From: a virus
Taxonomy: Duplodnaviria; Caudoviricetes
Length of the DNA: 43,370 nt
Virus record (IMG/VR): IMGVR_UViG_3300042515_001235
Coordinates: 1-43,370 of that record
Reading direction: 5' to 3' (one strand)
Shown: one piece after another, positions 19,517 through 28,464 of the stretch
Position numbering within the stretch: position 1 is the stretch's first letter
Layout: each line of letters opens with the position of its first letter
Translations under genes and position numbers: made by a program
Notes under the pieces: generated by a model
Databases searched by the model: none
Seen by the model: only the letters and a program-made list of their open reading frames with translations
What the model was told of the DNA's origin: nothing

Positions 19517-22500
19517 TGGCGCGGTCTCCGCTCTTCGACATATATGATCCATACGGAGAGCTGGACGAGCAGGCTCGCCTCGGACTTCTTCCGAGCGACG
19601 AAGAGTATGAGCTGCAAGGCCCTGTCAGCCTTCGCAAGCCCACCCTCTCCGACCTCATGCCGGCGGAAGAGCAGAGCAGCATGCTCGGCCGGCTCGCTGC
19701 GGCGGGGTCTTCTGGCCTAGCGGGCCTTGGCTGGATCCTGGATACGCCCGGGTCCATGGTCCGCGGGCTCTTGTCCGAAGGGCCGAGCAAGGCGATCTCG
19801 GCTCTGTGGGAAACGTCCGATGATCGCGTGACCGGCCGAGAGCTGGCGCGGCAGTATGGTCTGGCGGGCGACGAGGATAATTGGGCGAATTTCTTCGGCG
19901 GCCTGGGGACCGAAGTACTTTTGGATCCGTTGACCTACGGCTCGTTCGGGCTCAACCAGCTGCTTGGCGCTCCGGCCAAAACTCTTGCCGGCAAGGCCGC
20001 GCAGAAGTCCGGCCTGCTGAACGACTTCGATCTCTACGCCCGCAACACGCTCAACAAGGGCTCGCGCGAGGCCATGCGTGAGCAGACCGCTCGGTCGCTC
20101 CTGGATCGCATGGCACCCGAGGCGGCGGCGGAGGCGCGAAGTCGATTCGCCCGGAACATGGGCGGGCTGACCGACACCGCTCTGGATGAGGCTCTGGATG
20201 CGCCAATCGCCAGGATGAATCGCATCGGGCTCCCTGGCTACGAAGGCGCCACCGACCTCTTCGGAAAGACGGTTGGCGACTACACGGCCAAGCTTGGGGA
20301 CCAGCTGGGCGAAGGTCTGATGACCAATCCGTACACCGGGCCGGCGCTGACATGGTTCAATCGCACGGTCGGTGACGCCGATGTCCTTGGAATGAAGAGC
20401 TACGACCGGCAGTGGGAGGCCAAGGAGTTGCAGGCCCTCCGCCGGGCGCGGCAGGCCCAGGACCGCCGGACGCTTGGCGGGCTTGCGATGTCGGCCGACG
20501 AGGCGCTTCGGGCCGGCGGGCGCACGCTCAAAGACCAGGAGTTGTCCGAGGCGCTGCGGGTTGCGGCCGAGACCCCGGAACTCCTGACGCCAGAGATGCA
20601 GTCGCTCTTGGATATGGAGGGCGTCCGGCAGCTGCCGGAGTTCTGGGACCGCTACAGGGAAATCGCCAAGCGAGAAGCGGAAGCACGGGGAGTTCCGCTG
20701 GAGGACATGGAGTCCAGGGCTGGCGTGGGCTTCATGCGCCGCCAGCAGGCCACCTTCGATTCACCCATGCAGCCGAAGTGGCCCGAGGGCGCGATTCCTC
20801 CCGACAAGCGGGCCAGCCCATACACCCGCGGCAGCAAAGTCCTCAACGCCTCGGACAACATGGGCCGCCGCCGAAAGGAGGCTTTGGACGTTCTGGGAGG
20901 TACAGGCTCGCTCAATCAGATGTCGCTGGACCCGGCGCTCCAGGAGGCATTGCGGGCGGCCAAGAACGAAGACGTTCAAAAAATCATCGATGATTGGTGG
21001 GAAGCCAACACCAACCTCCCGCTGACGAACTCCTCTGCGCCGGCGGAATTCTGGGACAACACCACTCTCCTGGATGAGGCTGGATTCGACGGGCCGCCAG
21101 CCGGCATGGTGTACCGCGGCGACGGCAGCGTTGCGGCCACCAGGGCCAGCGGGCCGAGCAATCGTCCGTTCGGTTGGCTGGATCAGCTAAATGACGAGGG
21201 GCTGCCGCTGTATCAGGCCCCGTCGCTGCCGGGCGACCATCCGCTCATGGTGCAGCTTAACGACCTGAAGGAACGGCTCCAGCGGGCCAAGGCTGGGGGC
21301 GAGATTGACGAGATTGTCGGGGCTGACGGCTCGGTCGTTCGCCCCGGCACGGCGGAGATTTCCAAGCAGATCAAGTCGCTCCAGGCGCAGATCGGCCCCG
21401 CCGAACGGGAGATGTGGACGGGCTCGCTGTACTCCGGCTTGGCCGACTTCCTCCGCACGCTGGACCCGCAGCACGCCTCCAAGGGCATCCCGGTCTTTGG
21501 GCAGAACACCTTTAACGAGCTGTCGCAGTACGTCCTCGGGAGAGGGCGCGTGGAGACGGACGCCGACTTTGCCAGGAAGTTGCTGGAGAAGCATGTCGTT
21601 CGCACGCCCGCGAGCGAGGTTGTCGGTGGAGTGAACTACGCCGGACCTGATGCGCTCAAGGCGATGGGCCTCACTGGCGAGAACGCCAGGGACATTCTTG
21701 AGCGGTCGCTAGGGCAGTCGCTGGACACTGTCTCCTTCCCCAAGGAGATGATCGATGACTGGGCGCGTGTCGTTGACCAGGGCCGCATGCCGCCGGAGCT
21801 GAACCCCATAGCCGAGCAGGCCCAGAACTTCCTGCGGTCATTTAAGACGCTGGCTTTGGCCAGCCCCTCTCGTCTGGCGCGTGATTCGTACTCCGGCGCA
21901 TTCGCGGCCAGCATGCTCAACTCGTTCAATTTGGCTGACTGGCTTGCCGGCCGGCGGATGCGGAGCGGCGACTATCGTCCGCTGACCGAAGGCATGATGG
22001 GTGGCATGATCCCGCCCCGCCTCGCCAAGGGGGACTACGCGGAGCTGTTCGCCCAAGACCCGCAAGCGGCGCTGCGGAAGTTCCTGCTAGATGCCGGAGG
22101 CCAAGGTCTTGGCACCAGCACCGCCAGTGACGAGCTGCTGGAGGGGGCGGCCAATGCACAGCTGCGCGAGCTGTACCCGGGCGGGGCTCCGCCCGAGAAG
22201 GGCGAATTGGCCAGGAAGTTCTACAACCCCGACCGCAGCTGGACGGAGTTCGCCTACGACTTTAGTCCGTTTGCAGTGCGCGGCGGCAACGGCAACCGCA
22301 ACCCGCTCCTGGACATCTTCGACCGCGGCGCGGAGATGACCGACGCCGGGAACCGCTACGGCACCTACCTCACCCAGGCCCGCCAGGGGGCTGCCCCGGA
22401 AGAGGCGGCCCGAATCGCCCGCCTGACGCAAGTGGACTACTCGCCGGAGGCATTCACCGACTTTGAGCGCAACGTCCTGAAGCGCTGGGTCATGCCCTTT

Positions 22501-23328
22501 TACTCCTATACGCGGGGCATTATGCCGCTCATCGGGGACGAGCTGGTCAACCGCCCGGCAGGGCAGATGGGGCGGTCCATCAGGGCGATCACCCGCGGAT
22601 CCGAGCCGTCCGAAGACAACTTCACGCCAGAGTATCTGCGGCAGTCGGCGTCCATTCCGCTGCCGGCCGGCGGGCTCTTTGGCTTGGACGACGACTCCAA
22701 GCTGCGCCGCTATCTGACGAACATCGACTTGCCGTTTGAGTCGGTGATCAACCTCATCACGCCGGGCGTCGGCAACAACTGGCTGGAGAAGCTGGGCAAC
22801 ACGGCGTCGAAGTCGGCGCTCAACATCCTCGGCCAGACCAGCCCGCTCATTAAGGGCCCGCTGGAGCAAGTGACCAACCGCCAGTTCTACAGCGGCCGGC
22901 AGCTGTCCGATCTGTACTCCATGCTGGAGCAAACGATTGGCTCCCCAGGCCGACCGCTGGAACAGCTGGCCGTGAACCTCCCTGGTGGGAGTCGGCTGCT
23001 TGGGACAATCCGCCAGCTTGGCGATGACCGCCTGGATGCCAGCGAGAAGTACTCCAAATTCCTGGTGAACGCCCTCACCGGCCTGAAGTTCCAAGACGTT
23101 GACATGGAGCGGACCAAGCGGCTCGCCGCCAGGGACATGCTCAATGAGCTGCTGGACAGCACGCCCGGCGTCAGAACCTACGAAAACATCACCGTGCCGG
23201 AAGACATCCTGCGAGGGATGCCCGAGGAGCAGCGGAAGATGTACCTCCTCTACAAGATCATCCAGTCGCAAGCGGCGAAGAATGCCCGCGACCGGAAGAA
23301 GGCCGAAGCTCTGCTAGCTAGCGAGTAG
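19516..23328 (+). CDS. large internal virion/DNA-ejection protein
   Basis: 1270 aa at the end of the structural operon. LLDPLTY near the N-terminus and VDYS...FER...MPFYSY near the C-terminus are typical of large podovirus ejection proteins. Confidence 0.65.
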   Translation: MARSPLFDIYDPYGELDEQARLGLLPSDEEYELQGPVSLRKPTLSDLMPAEEQSSMLGRLAAAGSSGLAGLGWILDTPGSMVRGLLSEGPSKAISALWETSDDRVTGRELARQYGLAGDEDNWANFFGGLGTEVLLDPLTYGSFGLNQLLGAPAKTLAGKAAQKSGLLNDFDLYARNTLNKGSREAMREQTARSLLDRMAPEAAAEARSRFARNMGGLTDTALDEALDAPIARMNRIGLPGYEGATDLFGKTVGDYTAKLGDQLGEGLMTNPYTGPALTWFNRTVGDADVLGMKSYDRQWEAKELQALRRARQAQDRRTLGGLAMSADEALRAGGRTLKDQELSEALRVAAETPELLTPEMQSLLDMEGVRQLPEFWDRYREIAKREAEARGVPLEDMESRAGVGFMRRQQATFDSPMQPKWPEGAIPPDKRASPYTRGSKVLNASDNMGRRRKEALDVLGGTGSLNQMSLDPALQEALRAAKNEDVQKIIDDWWEANTNLPLTNSSAPAEFWDNTTLLDEAGFDGPPAGMVYRGDGSVAATRASGPSNRPFGWLDQLNDEGLPLYQAPSLPGDHPLMVQLNDLKERLQRAKAGGEIDEIVGADGSVVRPGTAEISKQIKSLQAQIGPAEREMWTGSLYSGLADFLRTLDPQHASKGIPVFGQNTFNELSQYVLGRGRVETDADFARKLLEKHVVRTPASEVVGGVNYAGPDALKAMGLTGENARDILERSLGQSLDTVSFPKEMIDDWARVVDQGRMPPELNPIAEQAQNFLRSFKTLALASPSRLARDSYSGAFAASMLNSFNLADWLAGRRMRSGDYRPLTEGMMGGMIPPRLAKGDYAELFAQDPQAALRKFLLDAGGQGLGTSTASDELLEGAANAQLRELYPGGAPPEKGELARKFYNPDRSWTEFAYDFSPFAVRGGNGNRNPLLDIFDRGAEMTDAGNRYGTYLTQARQGAAPEEAARIARLTQVDYSPEAFTDFERNVLKRWVMPFYSYTRGIMPLIGDELVNRPAGQMGRSIRAITRGSEPSEDNFTPEYLRQSASIPLPAGGLFGLDDDSKLRRYLTNIDLPFESVINLITPGVGNNWLEKLGNTASKSALNILGQTSPLIKGPLEQVTNRQFYSGRQLSDLYSMLEQTIGSPGRPLEQLAVNLPGGSRLLGTIRQLGDDRLDASEKYSKFLVNALTGLKFQDVDMERTKRLAARDMLNELLDSTPGVRTYENITVPEDILRGMPEEQRKMYLLYKIIQSQAAKNARDRKKAEALLASE

Positions 23329-24147
23329 CTCGTCTGGCACTGGCGGGGCAGTTGCGCCCTGCGAGGTCAGCTCTGCGAGCAAGAGCCTGTCGATGTACCG
23401 CTTCTTCATCGATGGATCGCGATGCCCAAGGTGTCGGCTGGCGCACTTTCCTTGAGCCTCGCAGTAGGTAGCCCCGCTGCGCCGCAGCCATTTGGTGGTT
23501 CCCCCAAGCTGCGAGCATTTGACAAGACGCCGCATCGCGTGTAGAACTCTGTCCCTGTTGGTTAGATCCCCGAAAATGAGGGGGCCAACGCGAGGGAGAG
23601 CAGAGATCGCGCGGAGGGCGTGATCATCCAGCCACGCCACATGGGGCTCGCTGGTTTTGCTTTGGGCCAGGAGGAGCCGATGGCCACGGATCTGGTCATG
23701 TCTGATCTTGAGGAGGTCGCCCAGGCGGAGCCCTGTGGAATAGGCCACCAGGATCCACGCCGGCAGGAAGACCCGGTACTCGCAGCGGCGGAAACCGCCC
23801 TGCATCTGCTGGGCCGTCGTTACCCAGCGAGCTATGCCAGCATGGTCGATGGCCGTAGGGCATGGCAGCGGAACCTTGACCCGGCGCAGCGGACGGAGTA
23901 TACTCTTGTCCAGGTAGCCCTCTTGTGCTGCGAAGCGCATGAGCGTACCCAGCATGCGGCGATGATTGTGGACCGTGGAGGGAGCAAGATGTCCGGCCGC
24001 ATTGTCCAGATAGGCGTCGATCTTGTCCGGCGTGAGATCGGAGGCAACCCAATGCAAGCGACGGCAGAGGACAACGAGCTGCTCGCGGTAGCCCGGGGAT
24101 CCGCCTACGCGGCGGCAATACCCGATGGCAAGATCCAAGACACTCAT
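23314..24147 (-). CDS. int: tyrosine recombinase / phage integrase
   Basis: LAPSTVHN core-binding motif; STGLRLGDL (Arg), QSKT (Lys), KWLRRSGAT (HxxR variant), HLGH and terminal Tyr (KRYID). Confidence 0.88.
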   Translation of the reverse strand: MSVLDLAIGYCRRVGGSPGYREQLVVLCRRLHWVASDLTPDKIDAYLDNAAGHLAPSTVHNHRRMLGTLMRFAAQEGYLDKSILRPLRRVKVPLPCPTAIDHAGIARWVTTAQQMQGGFRRCEYRVFLPAWILVAYSTGLRLGDLLKIRHDQIRGHRLLLAQSKTSEPHVAWLDDHALRAISALPRVGPLIFGDLTNRDRVLHAMRRLVKCSQLGGTTKWLRRSGATYCEAQGKCASRHLGHRDPSMKKRYIDRLLLAELTSQGATAPPVPDELLAS

Positions 24148-24194
24148 GGTGCGTACTCCCAGCGGCGGGGAGCGTACCGGCAGTCGGGGGATTC

Positions 24195-24222
24195 TTCATC
24201 TGCCCCGCAAAACCGCTACAAT
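24195..24222 (+). promoter_or_regulatory. putative sigma70 promoter
   Basis: TTCATC (24195-24200), 16 bp spacer, TACAAT (24217-24222), in the divergent intergenic region. Confidence 0.5.
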
Positions 24223-24234
24223 CGGACCAGCAAA

Positions 24235-24252
24235 GGGCAACTAGCTCAGTTG
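24235..24252 (+). other. tRNA 5'-end-like fragment, candidate attP core
   Basis: GGGCAACTAGCTCAGTTG matches a 7-nt acceptor strand plus the TAGCTCAGTTG D-arm start. No anticodon or T arm follows. It lies 87 bp from the integrase start. Confidence 0.55.
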
Positions 24253-24311
24253 TCTAGGGGCCTTCTGCTAGCCGGTGCTTCTCACCGCTGGCGAATTCTT
24301 CGCGGCCTCTG

Positions 24312-24339
24312 GCTGACCGTGATGACGGTCGGCATTTTT
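24312..24339 (+). terminator. putative intrinsic terminator/attenuator
   Basis: Hairpin GCTGACCGT-GATG-ACGGTCGGC followed by ATTTTT. Confidence 0.6.
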
Positions 24340-24475
24340 CTGCATCGCACCGAGGGCGTTCTGGCCCTGCTGGTGCTCGGACACCTAGCAGAAGCGCTCC
24401 GAGAGGCGTTTCCGCCCAAGCGCTAACGGATTGCCCTGCCCCAAGGACGGGGCTTTCACAAGGAGTGGTGAACAT

Positions 24476-25324
24476 ATGAACATCGACAACCTCCCGGCGA
24501 AGATCGTCGGCATGCCGGCAGCGGAGTATTTCGCGGCCACCAAGTTCGACTCCCGGTCGTTTTTGCTTCATTGCCAGCGTTACGGTGGCGAGGGCCAGCT
24601 GTGGCTGGAGAAGGGCCGCCCGCTGTTCTCGGGCAATGCCGGCACTTCGTTCGGCAGCATTTTTGACTCTGTGGTCACCGGCCTGCTGGAGGGCAAGCGG
24701 CTCTCTGACATCGTTGTCGTTGCCCCGGAGGAAGTCCTGGGCGCCAACGGCTCACGGTCGACCAAGGCTTACAAGGAATGGGCCGCAGCGCAGACGGCCA
24801 TCATCGTCACCGAGGATCAGATTCGCACCATTGAGTCCATGCTGGCTTCGATGCGTGGCAACGATTCTAGCTTCGGCCTGATGTCCGCAACGACCGAGAC
24901 GCAAGTCTCTGTGTTCTTTGAGTACCTCGGGCACAGGCTCAAGGTCCGGCCGGACGCCTGCACATCGGCGTTGTGGTGGGATCTCAAGACCACCTCGCAC
25001 ACCTGGGATCGGATCGCCAATAGCGTGATGGACTACGGCTATGCCGAACAGGCGTGGCTCTACACCGAGGGCGCAAAGTCCATCGGCTACTCGGACTTCC
25101 GAATGCCCTTTGTTTTTGTTCAGACGGTCGCGCCGTACGGCTGCCGCGTCTACACGTTGCCTGAAGAGTTGGTGGAGAGAGCCGGCCAGCGGTTGGTCGG
25201 CACCATGGAGGAGGTTCGTCTGCGTCGGTCCACGGGCAGCTACATGCCGGTGGACGCCAACGAGATCACGGAGTTGGCGATGCCGGCGTGGGCGATGAGG
25301 AAGGAGGAGGCGGTAGCGATATGA
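24476..25324 (+). CDS. RecE-like PD-(D/E)XK exonuclease (DUF3799/exonuclease VIII type)
   Basis: SD AAGGAG. Motifs FGSIF, LKVRPD, WWDLKTT, YGYAEQAWLY, FVFVQT. Located upstream of ERF. Confidence 0.85.
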   Translation: MNIDNLPAKIVGMPAAEYFAATKFDSRSFLLHCQRYGGEGQLWLEKGRPLFSGNAGTSFGSIFDSVVTGLLEGKRLSDIVVVAPEEVLGANGSRSTKAYKEWAAAQTAIIVTEDQIRTIESMLASMRGNDSSFGLMSATTETQVSVFFEYLGHRLKVRPDACTSALWWDLKTTSHTWDRIANSVMDYGYAEQAWLYTEGAKSIGYSDFRMPFVFVQTVAPYGCRVYTLPEELVERAGQRLVGTMEEVRLRRSTGSYMPVDANEITELAMPAWAMRKEEAVAI

Positions 25325-25977
25325 ACGACAGCAACATCATCATCGGGCCGAGCAGTTCACCGGAGACGGGTGAGCTGACCAAGGCGTTGGCAAAGGCGCA
25401 GGCGGATTATCCGGTTGTCGCCTATGACAGCAGCAACCCGCACTTCAAGAGTAAGTTTGCCAGCTATGCCCAGTGCTGTGATTCCCTGCGTGGCCCGCTG
25501 ACCAAGAACGGGCTGGGGCTGCCGGACTTTCGGCCGGGCATTGTCAACGGGCAGTGGGTGCTCTTGGGGACGCTACGCCACACCAGTGGCCAGTACATCC
25601 AGGGGATCGCTCCGCTGCTCATGGGCAAGCAGGACATGCAGGGCTTCGGCGCGGCGGTGACCTATGCCAAGCGCACGCTGCTGATGGCGCTGTGCGGCGG
25701 GTTCTCGGGCGAGCCGGATCTGGACGGAGAAGAATCCGCCGCTCCTGCTCGGGCTCCAGTGAGGCCCAAGGGCGGGCTGGACGAGAAGGCCCTGATCTAC
25801 CAGCAGGGTGCCATCAATGCCGTGGCCGATGCGAAGACGGCGGCGGAGGCGAAGAAATTTGTGGACACGGTTGAACTCCGCGTCCGCGAGAAGAGCGTCC
25901 CCGTGGAAGTGTTCCGCAGGGTGAAGGAAGCGTTCGATTCCAAGTGGAAGAAGGAGGTGGCGAATGGCAGGTCTTAA
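25321..25977 (+). CDS. erf: ERF-family single-strand annealing protein
   Basis: ALAKAQ, NPHFKSKFAS, LRHTSGQY, QGFGAAVTYAKR, DLDG. Confidence 0.88.
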   Translation: MNDSNIIIGPSSSPETGELTKALAKAQADYPVVAYDSSNPHFKSKFASYAQCCDSLRGPLTKNGLGLPDFRPGIVNGQWVLLGTLRHTSGQYIQGIAPLLMGKQDMQGFGAAVTYAKRTLLMALCGGFSGEPDLDGEESAAPARAPVRPKGGLDEKALIYQQGAINAVADAKTAAEAKKFVDTVELRVREKSVPVEVFRRVKEAFDSKWKKEVANGRS

Positions 25978-26308
25978 TCAGTGCAACTTCATCGGCAACC
26001 TGACCCGTGATGCAGAGACGCGGACGGTCGGTGAGGCCGAGGTGGCGAAGTACGCCATCGCGGTCAATGGTCGCAAGGACAAGGTGATGTACATCGACTG
26101 TGACCACTGGCGCGCCGGTGGCGTAATCCCGTTCCTCACCAAGGGAACCCCGGTGTTCGTAACGGGCGAGATTGAGCTTCAGAGCTGGGAGAAGGACGGG
26201 CAGACCAAGAGCAAGCTGGTGCTCAACGTACGGACCTTGCAGCTGCTGGGCGGCGGCAAGCGTCGGGAAGAGTCCGAGGTTGAGGAGTTCGCAGGCGACT
26301 TCCGTTGA
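25964..26308 (+). CDS. ssb: single-stranded DNA-binding protein
   Basis: LNQCNFIGNLTRDAE, LTKGTPVFVTGEI, WEKDGQ, acidic tail. Confidence 0.93.
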   Translation: MAGLNQCNFIGNLTRDAETRTVGEAEVAKYAIAVNGRKDKVMYIDCDHWRAGGVIPFLTKGTPVFVTGEIELQSWEKDGQTKSKLVLNVRTLQLLGGGKRREESEVEEFAGDFR

Positions 26309-26329
26309 TTTGCAGGTGATGTGCGCGCC

Positions 26330-26370
26330 CCCCGGGGGCCGGACTCCTCCACCGGCCCCCGGGGTTCTTT
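26330..26370 (+). terminator. 13-bp GC hairpin, terminator-like or regulatory
   Basis: CCCCGGGGGCCGG-actcctcca-CCGGCCCCCGGGG followed by TTCTTT. Confidence 0.65.
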
Positions 26371-26383
26371 ACAGGAGACACGG

Positions 26384-27907
26384 ATGATTCTCCGCGATTA
26401 CCAGGAAGACGCCGTCACGGCCAACATGGCCGCGCTGGATAGGCGTGTCGATGCCGTTCTCAACGGAATCTTCACGGGCGCCGGCAAGACCGTGATGTTC
26501 TGCGAGCTGGCCAGGAGGAATCCGGGCAGGACGCTCATCATCGTCCCGCTCCGCGAGCTTGCGTGGCAGGCGGTAGACAAGGTCCGCGAGGTGGCCGGCG
26601 AAGACCCAGAGCTGGAGATGGCGAACTTCGTCTCGGCTGGAGACGAGTGGTTCACGCCGAGGGTGGTGGTGGCCAGCAAGCAGACCCTGCTTTCACGCCG
26701 AGGAGGCGAGCAGCGGTATCGGAAGTTTGACGATGTCTCGCTGGTGATTGTCGATGAGGCGCACATGCAGTTCTCCGAGCCCGTCTTGGAGATGCTGCGG
26801 TGGTTCAATGCCAGGGGCGCCATGGTGTCCGGCTGGACCGCCACGCCGTTCCGCATGGATGGGACTCCGATGCGGGAGTACTACCGCGAGACGATCTGCA
26901 ATCTGGATGTTCAGTGGGCCATCGACAACGGGTGGGCCACGCCGTACGTGTGCAAGCTGGCCCGCGTGCAGGGGCTGGATCTCTCGTCGGTCACTGTCAG
27001 CGGCGATGACTTCAATCAGAAGCAGCTTCAGGCGGCCGTGGAGAAGGAGGCCAACCTCCACCGCATTGCCCTGATCACCCGCGAGGAGATGGACGGCCCG
27101 ACCGTGGTGTTTACACCCAGCGTGGCGTCGGCCAAGGGCGTGGCCCACTACCTCAACAACAACTATGGCGTCCCGGCCGTGTACGTGTACGGGACGCAGG
27201 ACGAGGAGGAGCGGAACGATGCACTTAGAGCATTTAAGAGTGGGGCGGCGCGCGTTCTTGTCAACTGCCAAGTCGTTGCCGTTGGCTTTGATTTCCCGCC
27301 AACCTCCACCCTCATTCTGGGGCGGCCTACTAAGTCTCGCGCATTCTGGCTCCAGTGCGTGGGACGAGCCACTCGTCCTCTCCGCGGAGTTGTTGACTAC
27401 GAAGGCTCGGATCCATCCGGCCGTATTGCACGCATCGCAGCTTCAGGAAAGCCTCGCTTCAAAATTGTTGATTGCACAGATGCAAGCCTTGACCACCGAC
27501 TGGTCACGGCCGTGGACATGTTCTGCACCGGCGACGGCGAAGTTAAGCAGGCCGTCAAGAAGGCGGCGGCGGATGCGCAGGAGCCGCTGACGCAGGAGGC
27601 CATGGACGCCCTTGCCCAGCAGGAGCTGGAGCGCCGGCTCGTCGCGGCCGAGATCGAAGCCCGCCGCAAGCGGATGGTCGGCCAAGCCGCCGGCAATGTT
27701 GTCGGCCATGAGGTCGATCTGGCCTCGGGCGGAAATCGCTCGGTTGGCACCTACACCAATCCATTGAAGGGCAAGTTCGCCGGCCTGCGGATGTCCGAGC
27801 TCCCCGACTTCTATCTGCACTGGGCCGTGAAAAACCCTGGCATCCGAGGGTGGCCCAAGACCCTGTTCCGCAAGGAGATCGCCCGCCGTGAAAAAGTCGC
27901 CTGCTGA
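26384..27907 (+). CDS. SF2 DEAH helicase (RadD/IRC3-like)
   Basis: LRDYQ, TGAGKT, VDEAH, TATP, GFDFP, QCVGRATR. C-terminal GKFAG..MSELPDFYLHW mini-domain. SD AGGAG. Confidence 0.9.
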   Translation: MILRDYQEDAVTANMAALDRRVDAVLNGIFTGAGKTVMFCELARRNPGRTLIIVPLRELAWQAVDKVREVAGEDPELEMANFVSAGDEWFTPRVVVASKQTLLSRRGGEQRYRKFDDVSLVIVDEAHMQFSEPVLEMLRWFNARGAMVSGWTATPFRMDGTPMREYYRETICNLDVQWAIDNGWATPYVCKLARVQGLDLSSVTVSGDDFNQKQLQAAVEKEANLHRIALITREEMDGPTVVFTPSVASAKGVAHYLNNNYGVPAVYVYGTQDEEERNDALRAFKSGAARVLVNCQVVAVGFDFPPTSTLILGRPTKSRAFWLQCVGRATRPLRGVVDYEGSDPSGRIARIAASGKPRFKIVDCTDASLDHRLVTAVDMFCTGDGEVKQAVKKAAADAQEPLTQEAMDALAQQELERRLVAAEIEARRKRMVGQAAGNVVGHEVDLASGGNRSVGTYTNPLKGKFAGLRMSELPDFYLHWAVKNPGIRGWPKTLFRKEIARREKVAC

Positions 27908-27951
27908 TCTGTTGATCGATGAGACCGTGACATCAGTCCTGGAGGTGTTTG

Positions 27952-28464
27952 ATGTTCCCCACGTTTTTCCGCCGACGTTTTCCGACAGACCAGTTCGTCT
28001 GGGCTTTTGGAAACGTGTCTGGAACAAGCTTGCATCATGCCTGCGCCCACGCCGACGAGCTGTATCGTCGGTGCGTGATCAACGGCGAGAGCCCGAGGAC
28101 GGTGGCTCGGAAGCTCAAGCTGTCGCAGTCACAGGCGGAGGGCGTGGTTCGGATAGTCAGGCGCCACGGCCGCCGCAGCCCGGAGCGCATGGCCCTGGTT
28201 GCGATGCGCGATTGGGGCCTGGACAACCAGGACATCGCGGAGATGTTCGGCCGCTCGGTGAAATGGGCCAGCGTGGTCCGCGAGCAGGCTGACGAGATTC
28301 GGCTGGAGGAGTTTATCCAACCGGCACTGGAGTACCTGGACACAGGGCTGGTTCAAGGCGACCCGGCACCGGAAGAGATCCTGCGGATCGCGGCGGAGCT
28401 GCGAGCGAAGCGTCCCCATAACACAAGGATGGACTATGCGGAATTTCAAGTCGGCGCTGCGTAA
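27952..28464 (+). CDS. HTH DNA-binding protein
   Basis: SD GGAGGT before ATG 27952. Two HTH-like segments: SPRTVARKLKLSQSQ and LDNQDIAEMFGRSVKW. Confidence 0.65.
   Translation: MFPTFFRRRFPTDQFVWAFGNVSGTSLHHACAHADELYRRCVINGESPRTVARKLKLSQSQAEGVVRIVRRHGRRSPERMALVAMRDWGLDNQDIAEMFGRSVKWASVVREQADEIRLEEFIQPALEYLDTGLVQGDPAPEEILRIAAELRAKRPHNTRMDYAEFQVGAA

Noticed and set aside
23314-24147. Integron integrase (IntI) serving the attC cassettes
   Set aside because: No IntI-specific insertion is visible between the catalytic Lys and HxxR regions, and the gene is 5 kb from the cassettes.
24235-24320. Complete tRNA gene
   Set aside because: Only the acceptor 5' strand and D-arm start match. There is no T-loop (GTTCRA) and no acceptor 3' strand at tRNA distance.
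23620-24426. 268-aa + strand ORF
   Set aside because: Antisense to the integrase, which has the catalytic motifs, and it runs through the structured intergenic region.
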